A stretch of 64,000 nt of DNA from Candidatus Levyibacteriota bacterium (GCA_041906785.1 JAYRIM010000028.1:35934-99933), one strand, 5' to 3'. Counted from the stretch's first letter, positions 38,962-49,745 are shown. Notes: generated by a model not told the origin, from the letters alone. Numbers and translations are program-made.

Positions 38962-39912
38962 ATGAGGTTGAGTATTATCATTCCAAATTATAATGGGGAA
39001 GAATTATTAAGGAAAAATCTTCCGGATGTTATCGATGCGCTTTCTTCTTTTTTAAAAAATCATAATGAAAAAGGAGAAATTATTATTGTTGATGACGCGT
39101 CTGAGGATCATTCTGTAGCTTTTATCCAGGAGGTTCAAATAGTGTTGCGTAAAAGTTCACTAATCACTCTAAAATCTTTAGTGAATAATAAAAATCATGG
39201 TTTCTCTTCAACGGTTAATAAAGGAGTTTCTGCAGCTGATGGTGAGATAATCGTACTTTTAAATACAGATGTATCACCGGAAAAGGATTTTCTTTCAGCT
39301 CTTGTAAAACATTTCAGTAACGAACAAATTTTTGCTGTCGGATGCATGGATAAAAGTATAGAAAATGGGGATATTGTTTTTCGTGGACGGGGGGTAGGCA
39401 GCTGGCAAAAAGGATTACTTGTACACAAAAAAGGAGATATCAATAAAATGAACACGCTTTGGGCAAGCGGTGGAAGTAGTGCATTTAATAAGAAACTTTG
39501 GGAATCGTTAGGTGGGCTTTATGATATTTATAATCCATTTTATTGGGAAGATATTGATTTGTCATATAGAGCACAAAAAGCAGGATATATTGTTCTTTTT
39601 GAAAAAGAAAGCATTGTTACACATAAGCATGAATCAGGTGTAATTAAAACACGATATTCTCATGCTGATATTCTTACAATTGCCTACCGTAACCAGTTTC
39701 TTTTCGTGTGGATAAACGTCAGTGATATAAATATTTTACTCGAACATCTTGCATGGTTGCCTTACCATATCCTCTCTGCTTTTCTTAGAGGTGATGTTTT
39801 ATTATTAAAAGGATTTTTTAAGGCATTTTTCCTATTACCTCAAGCATTGTCGTATAGGGGGAAAACCCAACAGTTCCATATTAAAAAAGATAGTGAGATT
39901 GTAGTATCATAA
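38962..39912 (+). CDS. GT2 (GT-A) glycosyltransferase
   Basis: 316 aa. Motifs LSIIIPNYNGEE ... IIVDDASEDHS ... LLNTDV ... FYWEDIDLSYR. Confidence 0.7.
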   Translation: MRLSIIIPNYNGEELLRKNLPDVIDALSSFLKNHNEKGEIIIVDDASEDHSVAFIQEVQIVLRKSSLITLKSLVNNKNHGFSSTVNKGVSAADGEIIVLLNTDVSPEKDFLSALVKHFSNEQIFAVGCMDKSIENGDIVFRGRGVGSWQKGLLVHKKGDINKMNTLWASGGSSAFNKKLWESLGGLYDIYNPFYWEDIDLSYRAQKAGYIVLFEKESIVTHKHESGVIKTRYSHADILTIAYRNQFLFVWINVSDINILLEHLAWLPYHILSAFLRGDVLLLKGFFKAFFLLPQALSYRGKTQQFHIKKDSEIVVS

Positions 39913-39913
39913 A

Positions 39914-40633
39914 ATGATGAGCATTTCAGTTATTATTCCAGTATTTAACGAAGAAAAAACTATCGGATTGGTTGTAGAACATTTGAATAAAGTAGACTTT
40001 GGAAAAAATGCAAAAGAAATAATCATCGTGAATGATGGATCTTCAGATAATACTGCCGAAGAAATAGATAAACTTAAAAAGAAGTATAGAGAGGTTATTG
40101 CACTTCATCACGAGAAAAATAAAGGAAAAGGAGTAGCTGTAAAAACAGGGATTAACGCTGCAACAGGTGAATACATCATAATCCAAGATGCAGATCAAGA
40201 ATATAATCCCTCAGATATTCCAAGTTTGCTTGAACCGATTTTAAGTGGTAAAACAAAAATAGTATATGGGACACGTTTAAAAAGAATGCCGGATTTTTCA
40301 AGAGATGAACGGTCTGTTCGCTTTTTACTTCATTATATAGGTAATAAATTTCTTAGTTTGTTAATCAGCGTGTTATATGGTCAATGGGTGACTGATATGG
40401 AGACGGGTTATAAAGTATTCCCTAAAAAATATCTAGATGGGATAACGCTGCGTTCAAGAAGTTTCGAATTGGAGCCTGAAATTACAGCGAAATTTATGAA
40501 GAGAGGATATAAAATAGTAGAAGTGCCGATTTCAACAAATCCTAGAAATTATAAAGAAGGAAAAAAATTACATACTGTCCGAGACGGTCTTATAGCCTTA
40601 TGGACAATTTTCAAATACAGGTTTACTGAATGA
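39914..40633 (+). CDS. GT2 polyprenyl-phosphate sugar synthase (Dpm1-like)
   Basis: 239 aa. Motifs ISVIIPVFNEE ... IIVNDGSSDNT ... IQDADQEY ... a C-terminal amphipathic segment. Confidence 0.75.
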   Translation: MMSISVIIPVFNEEKTIGLVVEHLNKVDFGKNAKEIIIVNDGSSDNTAEEIDKLKKKYREVIALHHEKNKGKGVAVKTGINAATGEYIIIQDADQEYNPSDIPSLLEPILSGKTKIVYGTRLKRMPDFSRDERSVRFLLHYIGNKFLSLLISVLYGQWVTDMETGYKVFPKKYLDGITLRSRSFELEPEITAKFMKRGYKIVEVPISTNPRNYKEGKKLHTVRDGLIALWTIFKYRFTE

Positions 40634-40634
40634 A

Positions 40635-42113
40635 ATGAAAAAACTGATTAAAATATACTGGTTCCCAGCTGGAGTAATAATAATTCTTCTGCTAGGAGCA
40701 TTTCTTCGCTTTTATAGGTATGAAGATCGATGGGGTTTTGCATATGACCAAGCATATGATGTTATTGTCGCAAAGTATGCGATAGAAGAACATAAACTCC
40801 CAATACTCGGACGTTTCTCTTCTGCTGGACCGTTCCAAACAGGGGGACAATGGTACTGGATTATCATGGCTGGTATTCTTATATTCCCTTTTTGGGTTAA
40901 TGGGCCATGGATTTTTATTACTTTGTTATATCTTTTATTTGTTCTGGGAATGATTTATTTTGGTAAGGAACTTTTAGGAAAATCTTTTGGGTTGCTTGTT
41001 GGTTTGTTTACTGCAGTATCGACAGCACAAATTACACAAGGAACAAACTTAACTAATCAATCTCCTCTGGCACTTTTTTCTTTGTTAACGCTTTGGTCTG
41101 GATATCTGTACGTTAAAACAAAAAAACCTGTATGGATTTTTATTATGGGTTTTAGCACATCTACTGCTGCTACAATACATTTGCAGGGGGTTATGGTTTT
41201 TCTTCCGCTTGTTCTGACATTAGTATTAGCTGGAAAATTACCTACAAGAAAAAATATACTTTTTCTTTTTTTGGGAATATTATTACCACTTGTTCCTCTA
41301 CTAATGTATGAGATAAATCATGGCTTTTATAATACAAAAAACATTATCACGTATCAGTTTTTTAATAAACATAAAATTTCTTATGATCAGTTAGGCAGGC
41401 GATGGTTAACATATATTGGTAATTTTTGGCCAGAAAATTGGTCTTTTATTATAGGTGGCAATATAATGATAGGCTATCTGTTCTTTTTTGGTACACCGTT
41501 TCTTGTTATTTGGCACGCATTAAAGAAGAAAGTAAAAAAAGAATGGTATGTTATATTTCTGACATGTGCAATCTCTGTGATATATCTGCGATATGTTAGA
41601 ACTCCTTTATTTCAGAGTTACTTAGTGTTTCTTCATCCTTTTGTTTTACTTATTACAGCTCGGGCCGTATATTATTTTCTGCGATTTAGATTCATCATTG
41701 GACTTCTACTAACAGTGGTGATTGTATTAATGAGCTTTATGCTATCTGTGGATCATATACAGCGAGCAACAAATCGAATGTCCGAGGAAGCAGGACATTG
41801 GGCAGATGTATTAGTTAACAATTATCCTAATAAAAAATTTACAATGTTTGACTATAAATATTACTCAGGAAGTTATAGTTTACCACTTGTTTATTACTTA
41901 TATCATAAAGATAAAATTGACGATTCGGGATATAGAGTAAGTTTTGGAATATCATCAGAAGATAAAAAATTTCATAAAATGATTAAAGGAAATAAAATGC
42001 GATTTGAATTATGGGACATGAATGCGAGTTCTTCAGCGCAGTTACAAAAAGCAGGATATGCTTTTATGAATCCAAGTGAAGTGTACCGATCAACACAAGA
42101 TTGGCAAAAATAA
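40635..42113 (+). CDS. GT-C-like polytopic membrane protein, uncharacterised subgroup with N-terminal F-x-x-D-Q motif (group D)
   Basis: 492 aa. Motif LRFYRYEDRWGFAYDQAYDV ... LPILGRFSSAGPFQTGGQWYW. It is a paralog of 51422..52711 and 54317..55831. Confidence 0.5.
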   Translation: MKKLIKIYWFPAGVIIILLLGAFLRFYRYEDRWGFAYDQAYDVIVAKYAIEEHKLPILGRFSSAGPFQTGGQWYWIIMAGILIFPFWVNGPWIFITLLYLLFVLGMIYFGKELLGKSFGLLVGLFTAVSTAQITQGTNLTNQSPLALFSLLTLWSGYLYVKTKKPVWIFIMGFSTSTAATIHLQGVMVFLPLVLTLVLAGKLPTRKNILFLFLGILLPLVPLLMYEINHGFYNTKNIITYQFFNKHKISYDQLGRRWLTYIGNFWPENWSFIIGGNIMIGYLFFFGTPFLVIWHALKKKVKKEWYVIFLTCAISVIYLRYVRTPLFQSYLVFLHPFVLLITARAVYYFLRFRFIIGLLLTVVIVLMSFMLSVDHIQRATNRMSEEAGHWADVLVNNYPNKKFTMFDYKYYSGSYSLPLVYYLYHKDKIDDSGYRVSFGISSEDKKFHKMIKGNKMRFELWDMNASSSAQLQKAGYAFMNPSEVYRSTQDWQK

Positions 42114-42114
42114 T

Positions 42115-43389
42115 ATGAAATCTTTACGGTTTGATTCAATTCTTCTCATGATTCTTGTTATACCTTTTATCATGAGCTATAGAATAAGCCCATTTGCAAC
42201 TCAATATTGGTACTTTAGCATAATATTTTTTTTCTTATTACTATATTTGTTACTAGATTTCATAAAAACTAATGAAAAAGTTTTTAATTTTCGAAAAGAT
42301 AAAGTATTAATACTAACTATTGTCATAGTGATTGGGGGAGCTTTTTCATCGGCTGTTATAACTAGACATAAAATCCATCCTATTTACCAAGTCCATGATA
42401 TTATACTTCAGCAAGAGGCAGCCATGCGTTACTTTCTTGACGGGAAGAATCCTTACAAAGAGACATATTTTGGAACCTTTTTGGAACAATGGCATTATTC
42501 TGATAAAGAGGTAAATCCGGCTTTATACCATTTCGTGATGGAACCGTTTTATCTTCTTTTTCCTCTTCCTTTTTATTTCGTATCGAATAGACTCATCGGA
42601 TATTTCGATGCCAGGATACCGCTTTTCCTTCTTTTTTTCGGTTTACTAGGTTTTGCATACCATTTGGTAAAAGATTTCGAGAAGAGACGGTTATTTATCA
42701 TTTTACTTGCATTTCATCCCGCCATGCTTCCTTATACATTAGAAGGACGCTCAGATATTTTTATGTTTACTTTTCTTTTTTTAAGTTTATATCTTCTTCA
42801 TAAGAAAAAAATGTTATTAAGTGGCATGTTTATGGCTGCATCTTTTGCTACGAAACAATCATCCTGGTTCATTTTTCCATTTTATGTATTCTATATATAC
42901 TTCGTCTTAGAAAAAAATGTAAAGTATATTTTTAAATCATTACTAGGTTTTTTCTTAATATGTAGTTTAATAATATTTCCTTTTGCTGTATGGGATTGGA
43001 AGGCTTTTTATGACAGCACTATTGGATACTTAAATGGTAGTATTCAGCATAGTTATCCCATCTCAGGATATGGATTTGGTAGTAGTCTTGTGGAGTTAGG
43101 AATTATTTCAAATAAATTTTCTTATTATCCATTCATTATCTGGCAACTTTTATTCGGATTTCCCGTTCTTTTAATTCTTCTAAAATTTATTAATAAAGAA
43201 AAAACATTAAAAAGTGTTATCGCATCGTATGGAATATTTTTGTTTATTTTTTGGTATTTTTCGCGCTATTTTAACAATAGCCACATAGCATATATTTCTC
43301 TAATTTTTCTTACTGCTTATTTTTGGCCAGAAGAGCCAAGCCAAATAACTACAGATGGCGGTAATAGAAAAGATAAAACCAATCATTAA
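42115..43389 (+). CDS. Polytopic membrane protein, GT87/DUF2029-like (distant member of group E)
   Basis: About 425 aa from the ATG at 42115. Loop motif HDIILQQEAAMRYFLDGKNPYKETY is comparable to group E. The last about 30 codons overlap the convergent YfhO gene. Confidence 0.5.
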   Translation: MKSLRFDSILLMILVIPFIMSYRISPFATQYWYFSIIFFFLLLYLLLDFIKTNEKVFNFRKDKVLILTIVIVIGGAFSSAVITRHKIHPIYQVHDIILQQEAAMRYFLDGKNPYKETYFGTFLEQWHYSDKEVNPALYHFVMEPFYLLFPLPFYFVSNRLIGYFDARIPLFLLFFGLLGFAYHLVKDFEKRRLFIILLAFHPAMLPYTLEGRSDIFMFTFLFLSLYLLHKKKMLLSGMFMAASFATKQSSWFIFPFYVFYIYFVLEKNVKYIFKSLLGFFLICSLIIFPFAVWDWKAFYDSTIGYLNGSIQHSYPISGYGFGSSLVELGIISNKFSYYPFIIWQLLFGFPVLLILLKFINKEKTLKSVIASYGIFLFIFWYFSRYFNNSHIAYISLIFLTAYFWPEEPSQITTDGGNRKDKTNH

Positions 43390-45699
43390 AGATTTCGGCT
43401 CATATTTAAATTCTACTAGGTGTGAACCAGAAGGTATTACAATTGCACGGAAAGTATAATTGGCGCGAAATACTTTTGTTTCTCTTCCATCTACATATGC
43501 TTTCCAGCCAGGATAATAGTTATCTGTTAGTACAAGCAAGGCATTGGTGTCTGTAACTACTTGTAAGAAAACTTCATTCTCTCTATATGTATCTATTTTT
43601 ACGGTTCTAGAAGTTCTTTTATTAACACCCTTATGCGATTTAAAACCTGGATTGTTTTCTAAAATAACACTTTCTGTAACAGCAAAGCTTGGATTAAATA
43701 GCCGTTCTAATATATCTTTTTTATTTTTCTTTATTTCGTATGAAGTTACTAAATATGCCCGTGGTAAAGCTTTCTGATTCTCTACAACAGTCCACGTATT
43801 GTCTCTCCAAACAATTTTTTCTTTTTCTAATAAAGTTTCTGTATTTTTATATATCAGATATTTTACACTTAAGATAGAGAGTAATGTATTCCTTGATTTT
43901 TTTAATTCTGGTTTTTCTTTTATAGCAATATCATTTCTTATGTTTGCATCACCACGTGGTAATATCTCTTTTAATTCTCCTGTATTTGCAAACTCAAGTA
44001 ACTCCCGATAGCGCGTAATGTATAGTGGATGATAGTATTGGGGATCATAAAATCGAAAATGAGTAGCAAAATTCGTCGGAATTGTACCACCACCTAATCC
44101 AAATACTCTACCGTCTCTTGTATTGTTAAAAAGTGCTGAAAGAAGAGGAATTTCAGGAAGAACAGAATCTCGAGGGGAAAACGGTAGATACTTTTCGCTA
44201 TTATATAATCCCAGAAATATAACAAGCAGAATAATCCCAATGGGTAGAGCATGTTTTAATTTATTATGTAAACGCTGAAAAAAAAATAATGCAAATGCTA
44301 CTGGAAGAAACACAGCCAGCTGCAGTAATGTATTACGTAAACTAATGTCATAACATTGCGGAATAAATTGTGAAGGACAGGGCTTTTTAGAAAAGAGAAG
44401 AAATAACGTGTAAAAAAGTATTATGAAAATTATTGTCGTATATGAGATAAAGCTATACATGTTAACTCTTTTCTTTTCTAACCATTCTTGATAACCTATT
44501 CCTGCAAGAATCGCTCCAGAAAACGTAGTAAGCATAAAAATCCGAGACGGAACACCTGTCGAAATAAGTGGAATTGGAAGAGATGATACGATACGTGCAG
44601 GTAACCAATCGAGTGTCATGGCTATAGTTACAATAATGGCTAAAACATAAAAATTCTTGAAAATGCTTTTTTGTTTTACTATGCCGAATAAAGATATAAA
44701 AATAAAAAAGCAGGAAATTATTCCAATTGAATTAACTGTTTGGACATAATCTCCTTTCCCCCAGTAATTATATGTTCCAAGGTTACCAAAATAATTTGGA
44801 ATAATGATTGCAATAAGATTATTAAAAGGTAATAAGAACTCATTAAAAATATTTCCTGATGTTTCAGTCCGCACATTAGAATATTTATATAGTTCATATG
44901 TAGGCAATAATTGGATAGATGCGGTCCCAATACCAAGAATATAGAGAGAAATAATAAAAAATAGTTGTTTTAGATGTATTTTTGGCCCAAGTGAGCTAAG
45001 GCGAATAAGAGCATATAGTAAGGTAAAAGATAACACATAGAATGTGATCTGAGGTTGAGTAATAACAGTTAATAAAAAGACAAATATGGGTAATAAATAG
45101 ATGTTCCTTGAATGTTTATTCTGAATAAATGACTCTAAAAAATACAGTAAAAGAGGAAGTATAGCAATAGCTAAACCGTACATACCGAAAATAAGTCGGG
45201 CAATTGTAAACCCTGAAAAAACGAAAGTAATAGCTGAAAAAAAAGCAGCAGTTGTACTTAACGAAATTTTTTTAGCATATAAATATGTAAAGTATCCTAT
45301 TAAAAATGGCTGTAGAATAATATATATACTCCATGCATATTCATTTGGAAGAAAAAAATACAATATATTAAAAGGATCGAGAAACCCTATATTTATTGTT
45401 GCAAATAATGGTTGTCCAGCGCCATTATAAGGATTCCAGAGTGGCATGCTGCCTCCTTTTATGAGATCCATAGCTAAGACTTTAAATGGAAATATTTGCC
45501 GAAATACATCATCAGCTACAGGCTTATGAGCTAATGTAATAGCATTATTTTGGAAATTACTGCTTTTCCATGGTTCAAACCAGGCTAACAAAAAATTTCC
45601 CGGAAATGGAAGAAGACCGAACAGGAAAAATTTCCAGAAAATGAAGAGAGAAATACAACAGAAAAGGAAAATAATCGCTTTTTTTCTATCCATGTACAA
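43300..45699 (-). CDS. YfhO-family large membrane protein (group C), second inverted block
   Basis: 799 aa. Motifs LWNPYNGAGQPLFATINIGFLDPFN and C-terminal LVLTDNYYPGWKAYVDGRETKVFRANYTFRAIVIPSGSHLVEF plus a TM anchor. Confidence 0.65.
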   Translation of the reverse strand: MYMDRKKAIIFLFCCISLFIFWKFFLFGLLPFPGNFLLAWFEPWKSSNFQNNAITLAHKPVADDVFRQIFPFKVLAMDLIKGGSMPLWNPYNGAGQPLFATINIGFLDPFNILYFFLPNEYAWSIYIILQPFLIGYFTYLYAKKISLSTTAAFFSAITFVFSGFTIARLIFGMYGLAIAILPLLLYFLESFIQNKHSRNIYLLPIFVFLLTVITQPQITFYVLSFTLLYALIRLSSLGPKIHLKQLFFIISLYILGIGTASIQLLPTYELYKYSNVRTETSGNIFNEFLLPFNNLIAIIIPNYFGNLGTYNYWGKGDYVQTVNSIGIISCFFIFISLFGIVKQKSIFKNFYVLAIIVTIAMTLDWLPARIVSSLPIPLISTGVPSRIFMLTTFSGAILAGIGYQEWLEKKRVNMYSFISYTTIIFIILFYTLFLLFSKKPCPSQFIPQCYDISLRNTLLQLAVFLPVAFALFFFQRLHNKLKHALPIGIILLVIFLGLYNSEKYLPFSPRDSVLPEIPLLSALFNNTRDGRVFGLGGGTIPTNFATHFRFYDPQYYHPLYITRYRELLEFANTGELKEILPRGDANIRNDIAIKEKPELKKSRNTLLSILSVKYLIYKNTETLLEKEKIVWRDNTWTVVENQKALPRAYLVTSYEIKKNKKDILERLFNPSFAVTESVILENNPGFKSHKGVNKRTSRTVKIDTYRENEVFLQVVTDTNALLVLTDNYYPGWKAYVDGRETKVFRANYTFRAIVIPSGSHLVEFKYEPKSLMIGFIFSITAICSYLAWLFWPKISSKKN

Positions 45700-45753
45700 T
45701 CAGTTTTTATGCATGTTTATGATATCATATTACCAGAAGAGTTATAGAAAAGA

Positions 45754-46518
45754 ATGGAAACGCAAAGAAAGTTGAAAAAGAAAGTTATCGTAGTGATGCC
45801 TGCATATAACGCTGCAGATACACTTGAGCGTACTTACAAAGATATTCCTCCACAGGTAGTTGATGAAGTTATTCTGGTTGATGATGCAAGTAAAGATAAG
45901 ACTGTAGAGGTTGCCAAAAGATTGGGAATCACTGTCATTGAACATAAGAAAAATCTTGGATATGGTGGAAATCAAAAAACATGCTATAAAGAAGCTTTAA
46001 AACGAAAAGCTGACATTATTATTATGCTCCACCCAGATTATCAATATGATAGTACTTTGACAGCTGAGTTAATACGGCCTATCGAACAGGGAAGATTCGA
46101 TATTATGTTTGGCAGTAGAATTCGTACTAGAAAAGAAGCATTAGCTGGTGGAATGCCTAGAGTTAAATATTTCGTAAATAGATTAGTAAGTCTTATCGAA
46201 AATATTATCTTAGGGGTTAATTTTACTGAACATTTAAGTGGTTTTCGTGCATATTCTGCTAAAGTATTACAAACATTACCGATTGATTTTTTCTCGAATG
46301 ATTTTGTTTTCGATCAGGAATTGATGATCTCGGCGATAGCTTCAGACTTTAAGGTTGCAGAATATCCTGTCCCAGTTCGTTATTTCTCTGAAGCGTCTTC
46401 TATAAAGTATAAAGCAGGAATAAAGTTTCTCCTTCAAACATTCTGGGTTTTATTTCTTTTCGTTCTTTTACGATTACACATATATAAAGCAAAAATTTTT
46501 ATCTCTTATGAACGCTAA
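45754..46518 (+). CDS. GT2 polyprenyl-phosphate sugar synthase (Dpm1-like) with C-terminal TM helix
   Basis: 254 aa. Motifs VIVVMPAYNAAD ... ILVDDASKDKT ... and a C-terminal hydrophobic helix FWVLFLFVLLRL. Confidence 0.75.
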   Translation: METQRKLKKKVIVVMPAYNAADTLERTYKDIPPQVVDEVILVDDASKDKTVEVAKRLGITVIEHKKNLGYGGNQKTCYKEALKRKADIIIMLHPDYQYDSTLTAELIRPIEQGRFDIMFGSRIRTRKEALAGGMPRVKYFVNRLVSLIENIILGVNFTEHLSGFRAYSAKVLQTLPIDFFSNDFVFDQELMISAIASDFKVAEYPVPVRYFSEASSIKYKAGIKFLLQTFWVLFLFVLLRLHIYKAKIFISYER

Positions 46519-48106
46519 AAAAAGTTTATTTTTTCTAGTGCTTTTCTTTGCAGCATTTCTTCGTTTATACAAGCTAGATCAGATCCCGATAAGTATGAGT
46601 GACGATGAAATAAGACTTTCTTATACAGCGTATAGCATTTGGCATACAGGGAAAGACTTGTATGGTAAGTATTTACCGTTAGCTTTTGTTATTGATGATT
46701 TCGCATTTAATCCAGTTCCAATATACTTAGTTAGTCCTGTCGTAGGTATAGCTGGCTTAACAATGTTCTCTTCCCGACTTTTATTTGCACTTTCTGGAGT
46801 TATATCTATAGTTCTCCTCTATAAAATAACGAAAAAAATTACAGAAAACGATACTATTGCATTGTTATCGATGGCAGTTCTTACGTTTTCCGCATGGCAT
46901 ATACAGCTATCACGTTTTGCTTATGAAGGTTCAATGGCACTATTATTTTTTCTTTTAGGTATTTATTTGTTTTTAATAGCTACAAAACGCTTTGTAGTAT
47001 TTGTTTTTTCTTTTTGTTCCTTTGTGCTTGCGTTTTATAGCTATAGCGGGACGAAACTGATTCTTATTCCTATAGTATTTTCTCTTCTTTGGTTTGCGCG
47101 GAAAAACACGAGTAATAAACGAAAAGTTGCAACTATTTCTCTTATATTCTTTTGCTTCATATCTTTTTCCTTATTAAGTAAATTTCAAGGTGCCTCTCAA
47201 TACGGTTCTACTCCATTCTTTTTCCAACAAGGGAATGTAGCAGAGGCAGTAGAGTTAGAGCGAAGAGCTTCCCAGGCCCCAGAGTTTTTAAAGCGCATGT
47301 ATCATAATAAAGCGACATATTGGGGTAAAATATTTTTTGACCATTATTTATATGCGCTTTCACCCCAACACTTATTTCTCAATCAAGAAGGAAGTGGCAT
47401 TTTCTCGGTATGGTTTAGGGGACAATTTTATTATATTGATGTTATTTTCCTACTAATAGGATTTCTCTATTTATTTTTATATAAAAGAAAAGCATGGACA
47501 CTACTATTATTATTTATCCTTATTGGGCCTTTACCTTCTGCTCTAGGTGGAGTTCCTTTTACGTATACAATTCGTTCTAGTTTCTTACTGCCTTGGCTCG
47601 CTGTTTGTATTGGGGCAGGAATATATGCAGTTCACGTATTTGCGAAAGGTAAATATGCTTTATTAGTGTATACGTTGATTTTTACATCTTACGTTTATTT
47701 TATTGGTGGATATTTAACGCAGTATTACTTTGAATGGATGAGATATGGTTCGAAATATTATTCTAAAGGAGCAAAAGATTTTACTTTATTTGTCCAACAA
47801 CAAAAAGATAAAAAGATTATCGCATATAATACTAATTCCATTCAGCTACTGCATTATGGATTTTATACACAGACCGATCCGAGTAAAATGCAATATGCTT
47901 TAAAAAATAAACCTTTTCAAATTGACAATGTTCGTTTTTTGCCAGTTTGTAAGCAATTTGACAACGAAACACATGCTGAGATTCCTCATGATACTATTTA
48001 TATAGTAAAAGAACCGTGTAATAGTCCAATAAAACCAAACAGTATTATTAAATCATCTGATAATCTTGTTGAATGGAGGATGTATTATGCAACTAACAAA
48101 AAATAG
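46508..48106 (+). CDS. PMT_2/GT39-like GT-C glycosyltransferase (group A, divergent)
   Basis: 532 aa. Motif PISMSDDEIRLSYTAYSIWHTGKDLYGKYLP, then S(A)WH..SR. Confidence 0.65.
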   Translation: MNAKKSLFFLVLFFAAFLRLYKLDQIPISMSDDEIRLSYTAYSIWHTGKDLYGKYLPLAFVIDDFAFNPVPIYLVSPVVGIAGLTMFSSRLLFALSGVISIVLLYKITKKITENDTIALLSMAVLTFSAWHIQLSRFAYEGSMALLFFLLGIYLFLIATKRFVVFVFSFCSFVLAFYSYSGTKLILIPIVFSLLWFARKNTSNKRKVATISLIFFCFISFSLLSKFQGASQYGSTPFFFQQGNVAEAVELERRASQAPEFLKRMYHNKATYWGKIFFDHYLYALSPQHLFLNQEGSGIFSVWFRGQFYYIDVIFLLIGFLYLFLYKRKAWTLLLLFILIGPLPSALGGVPFTYTIRSSFLLPWLAVCIGAGIYAVHVFAKGKYALLVYTLIFTSYVYFIGGYLTQYYFEWMRYGSKYYSKGAKDFTLFVQQQKDKKIIAYNTNSIQLLHYGFYTQTDPSKMQYALKNKPFQIDNVRFLPVCKQFDNETHAEIPHDTIYIVKEPCNSPIKPNSIIKSSDNLVEWRMYYATNKK

Positions 48107-49745
48107 TTTTTTTTGGTTATTATGTATAACCATACTGGCACTTTTTTTACGTTTCTATAAGATAGACGTAAATCCTCCTTCTTTAACATGGGATGAAGTT
48201 GCCTGGGGATATAATGCATACTCATTAGGTATTGACGGGAAAGATGAATTTGGGAAATTTCTGCCGTATTCATTTCTGGAGTCATTTGGTGATTTTAAAC
48301 CTCCTGTATACGCGTATCTTACTATTTTGCCAGTAAAAATTTTTGGGCTTAACGAATTTGCCACCCGGTTTCCTTCAGCATTTTTCGGTACATTTACTGT
48401 TTTTGTAACTTTCTTTCTTGTTAAAGAAATTTTTTACTCTTCTGAAAGGAAAAATATATATGCCTTATGTACAGCTTTTTTGTTAGCGATCTCACCTTGG
48501 CATATTAATCTCTCTCGTGCTGCATTTGAAGCAAATGTTTCATCTTTTTTCATTATTTCTGGTGTTTGGCTCTATTACAAAGGGATTAGAAATACGCCTT
48601 GGTTACTTTTGTTATCAGCTTGTTCTTTTGTATTATCTTTTTATACATTTAATACTGCACGAATTGTTGTCCCATTATTACTGTTTGTTTTAGTAATTGG
48701 CACTTGGAATAGCATAAAGAAAATAAAAAAAGTTTCAGTATTAGCTGGTGCTATTTTTGTTACTTTATTACTTCCTATTTTACCTTTTCTATTATCTCCC
48801 CAAGCTAAACTTCGGTTTAATGAAGTTAATATCTTTTCTGATATTGCAGTTATTTACCGTACAAATGACCAGATGTTGCAAGATAATAATGTTTGGTGGT
48901 CAAAGTTTATTCATAATAGACGTTTAGCATTTGCAGTGGAATATTTGCGACATTATTTCGATAATCTTAATCCAAAATTCCTCTTTATTTCTGGAGATGG
49001 GAATCCTAAATTTTCTACTCAAGATGTAGGACAATTATATATCTGGGAACTGCCATTTCTTATTTTTGGAATCCTTATGCTTTTACGTCGAAAAGAAGGA
49101 TATTGGTGGTTTATACCGTTGTGGCTTCTTCTTGGTATTATTCCTGCCGCTACAGCACGGGAAACGCCGCATGCATTACGGATCGAAACAGTATTACCTA
49201 CATTTCAGATATTCACGGCATATGGTTTCATTCATGTCTTAACGAAAATATCAAATAGTAAATATCAAATAGCAAATATTAAACTTAAAAATTTAGTAGC
49301 CGCCTGTTTTATTTTATTTTTCATTTTTAATTTTTTATATTATGTTTATGATTATTATGTTCATTACTCAAGAGATTACTCTGGTGAGTGGCAATATGGT
49401 TATAAAGAAGCTATTAGTTATATAACGAAAAACGAGTCTAAATATAACAAAGTTTATTTTACAGATAGTCTTGGAAGACCATATGCCTATGTTCTTTTTT
49501 ATACTAAGTACAATCCACAACTTTTTAGAAAGCAAGCTAAAGTTGAACGAGAGGCATTAGGTTTCGCGCATGTGAAATCGTTTGGAAAATATTACTTTGC
49601 AAAAAACATCAGATTGTTATCAGGAGATAATAAACAGAAAATACTATACATAGATGTCAAAAACAATGTACCAGAGCATGCCCATATTCTAAACACATTT
49701 TATTTATTGAATAGCGAGACGAGTCTAGTTGCCTATACATTATGA
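48087..49745 (+). CDS. PMT_2/GT39-like GT-C glycosyltransferase (group A)
   Basis: Motif PPSLTWDEVAWGYNAYSLGIDGKDEFGKFLP. The ATG at 48087 is preceded by GGAGGA. The tracked ORF starts 21 nt earlier. Confidence 0.7.
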   Translation: MQLTKNSFFWLLCITILALFLRFYKIDVNPPSLTWDEVAWGYNAYSLGIDGKDEFGKFLPYSFLESFGDFKPPVYAYLTILPVKIFGLNEFATRFPSAFFGTFTVFVTFFLVKEIFYSSERKNIYALCTAFLLAISPWHINLSRAAFEANVSSFFIISGVWLYYKGIRNTPWLLLLSACSFVLSFYTFNTARIVVPLLLFVLVIGTWNSIKKIKKVSVLAGAIFVTLLLPILPFLLSPQAKLRFNEVNIFSDIAVIYRTNDQMLQDNNVWWSKFIHNRRLAFAVEYLRHYFDNLNPKFLFISGDGNPKFSTQDVGQLYIWELPFLIFGILMLLRRKEGYWWFIPLWLLLGIIPAATARETPHALRIETVLPTFQIFTAYGFIHVLTKISNSKYQIANIKLKNLVAACFILFFIFNFLYYVYDYYVHYSRDYSGEWQYGYKEAISYITKNESKYNKVYFTDSLGRPYAYVLFYTKYNPQLFRKQAKVEREALGFAHVKSFGKYYFAKNIRLLSGDNKQKILYIDVKNNVPEHAHILNTFYLLNSETSLVAYTL

